The notes under the pieces were generated by a model that was given only the letters and a program-made list of their open reading frames with translations, was not told the DNA's origin and did no database searches. Made by a program: the position numbers and the translations under genes. From Chiloscyllium plagiosum (Eukaryota), in contig NC_057758.1 of NCBI RefSeq assembly GCF_004010195.1, positions 1,877,542 through 1,941,541 of the forward strand: a stretch of DNA of 64,000 nucleotides. The letters run 5' to 3'. Positions 63,171-64,000 of the stretch are shown here, one piece after another. The stretch's first letter is position 1, and every line of letters starts with the position of its first letter.

Positions 63171-63389
63171 ACCAGAAGGAATAAAGTCCATCATTGTCAA
63201 TCTCGTGTCAAAATGCATTGTAGATGACTTCTGTCATCGTAAACATTTTGCAAAATGCTGCATATGTAGTCCAAAGAATTGCATATGAGAACACGACAAT
63301 GCACAGTGCACCAAATCTAGTCTAATGAGGTACTATGGAGGCGAGGAGTGTGCAGAGTGCTCCAAATCTAGCCTCATTGGGTAAAAAAA

Positions 63390-64000
63390 GAACAAAGACA
63401 ATTCAAGCACAGGAACAGGCCTTTTAGTCCTCCAAATCTGAGCCCATCCAGATCGTGTATTTCGTGTATTTTTTAAAGATCTGTATCCTTCAGCTCCCTG
63501 CCCATACATGCAATTAAAATATATATGTCTAACATGACACCATCGTGCTCGCCTCTACTACCTACGCTGGCAAATGTGTTCTAAACCTCGGCATAAATAA
63601 AATTCCACGTATATCTCCCTTAAACCTTTCTCTCTTACTTGAAATCGTGGCCTCTAACAATTAAGTCCAGCACGATGGCAAAATAAGCTACTTGTTCTCC
63701 ACGTTGTCTATAACTCTCATGATTTTGTAGACCTCAATTGGGTCCCACCCCTCAACCTTCGTTTTTCTAATGAAAATAATCCTAATATCCGCAACCTCTC
63801 TTTGTAGCTCACGCTATCCATACCAGGTTACATCCTAGTGTACCTCCTTTGCGCCCTCCCCGAAGCATCCACTTCCTTCTGGTAAAGTGGCCTCCAGAAT
63901 GGTCAGCAGTATTCCAAATGTGACGAACCAAAGTGCTATTCAACTGTAACATCACCTGCCAACTTTTGTACACAATACCCGTCCGTTTATGGAAACTTTG
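63390..64000 (-). mobile_element. CR1 LINE 3' fragment (runs off window end)
   Basis: gcacaggaacaggcctt..; gattttgtagacctc; acctcctttgcgccctccc..gcatccac..ttctggt. Confidence 0.8.

Overview
Eukaryotic, repeat-dominated genomic DNA, most likely from a cartilaginous fish (shark/ray). This is inferred from HE1/V-SINE-type SINEs with (TAATC)n tails, abundant CR1-clade LINEs, and a shark-type GPR139-like receptor. There is one convincing host gene: a two-exon class A orphan GPCR (GPR139-like, 369 aa, exons 21644-21833 and 31563-32482, + strand) with a 9.7 kb repeat-filled intron. About 11.5 kb downstream lies a deleted, frameshifted paralog (pseudogene). The rest is layered retroelements: many CR1 fragments, two Gmr1-type Gypsy elements (integrase before RT) with related solo LTRs, and a remnant class I endogenous retrovirus (U5, tRNA-Pro PBS, repeat-rich leader, Pol connection fragment). 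Several Penelope-like elements are present; their termini carry minimal hammerhead ribozymes (one intact at 2551-2585). There is also a Tx1-like 3' end and several SINEs. Notable oddities are a SINE with an 81-bp fold-back palindrome, a 37-bp SINE tail with an 80-bp perfect target duplication, recurring mini inverted elements joined at the hammerhead core, and possible decayed lectin/Ig exons. Most short ORFs in the track are repeat-derived or spurious. Repeat boundaries are approximate and family names come from motif recognition, not database searches.
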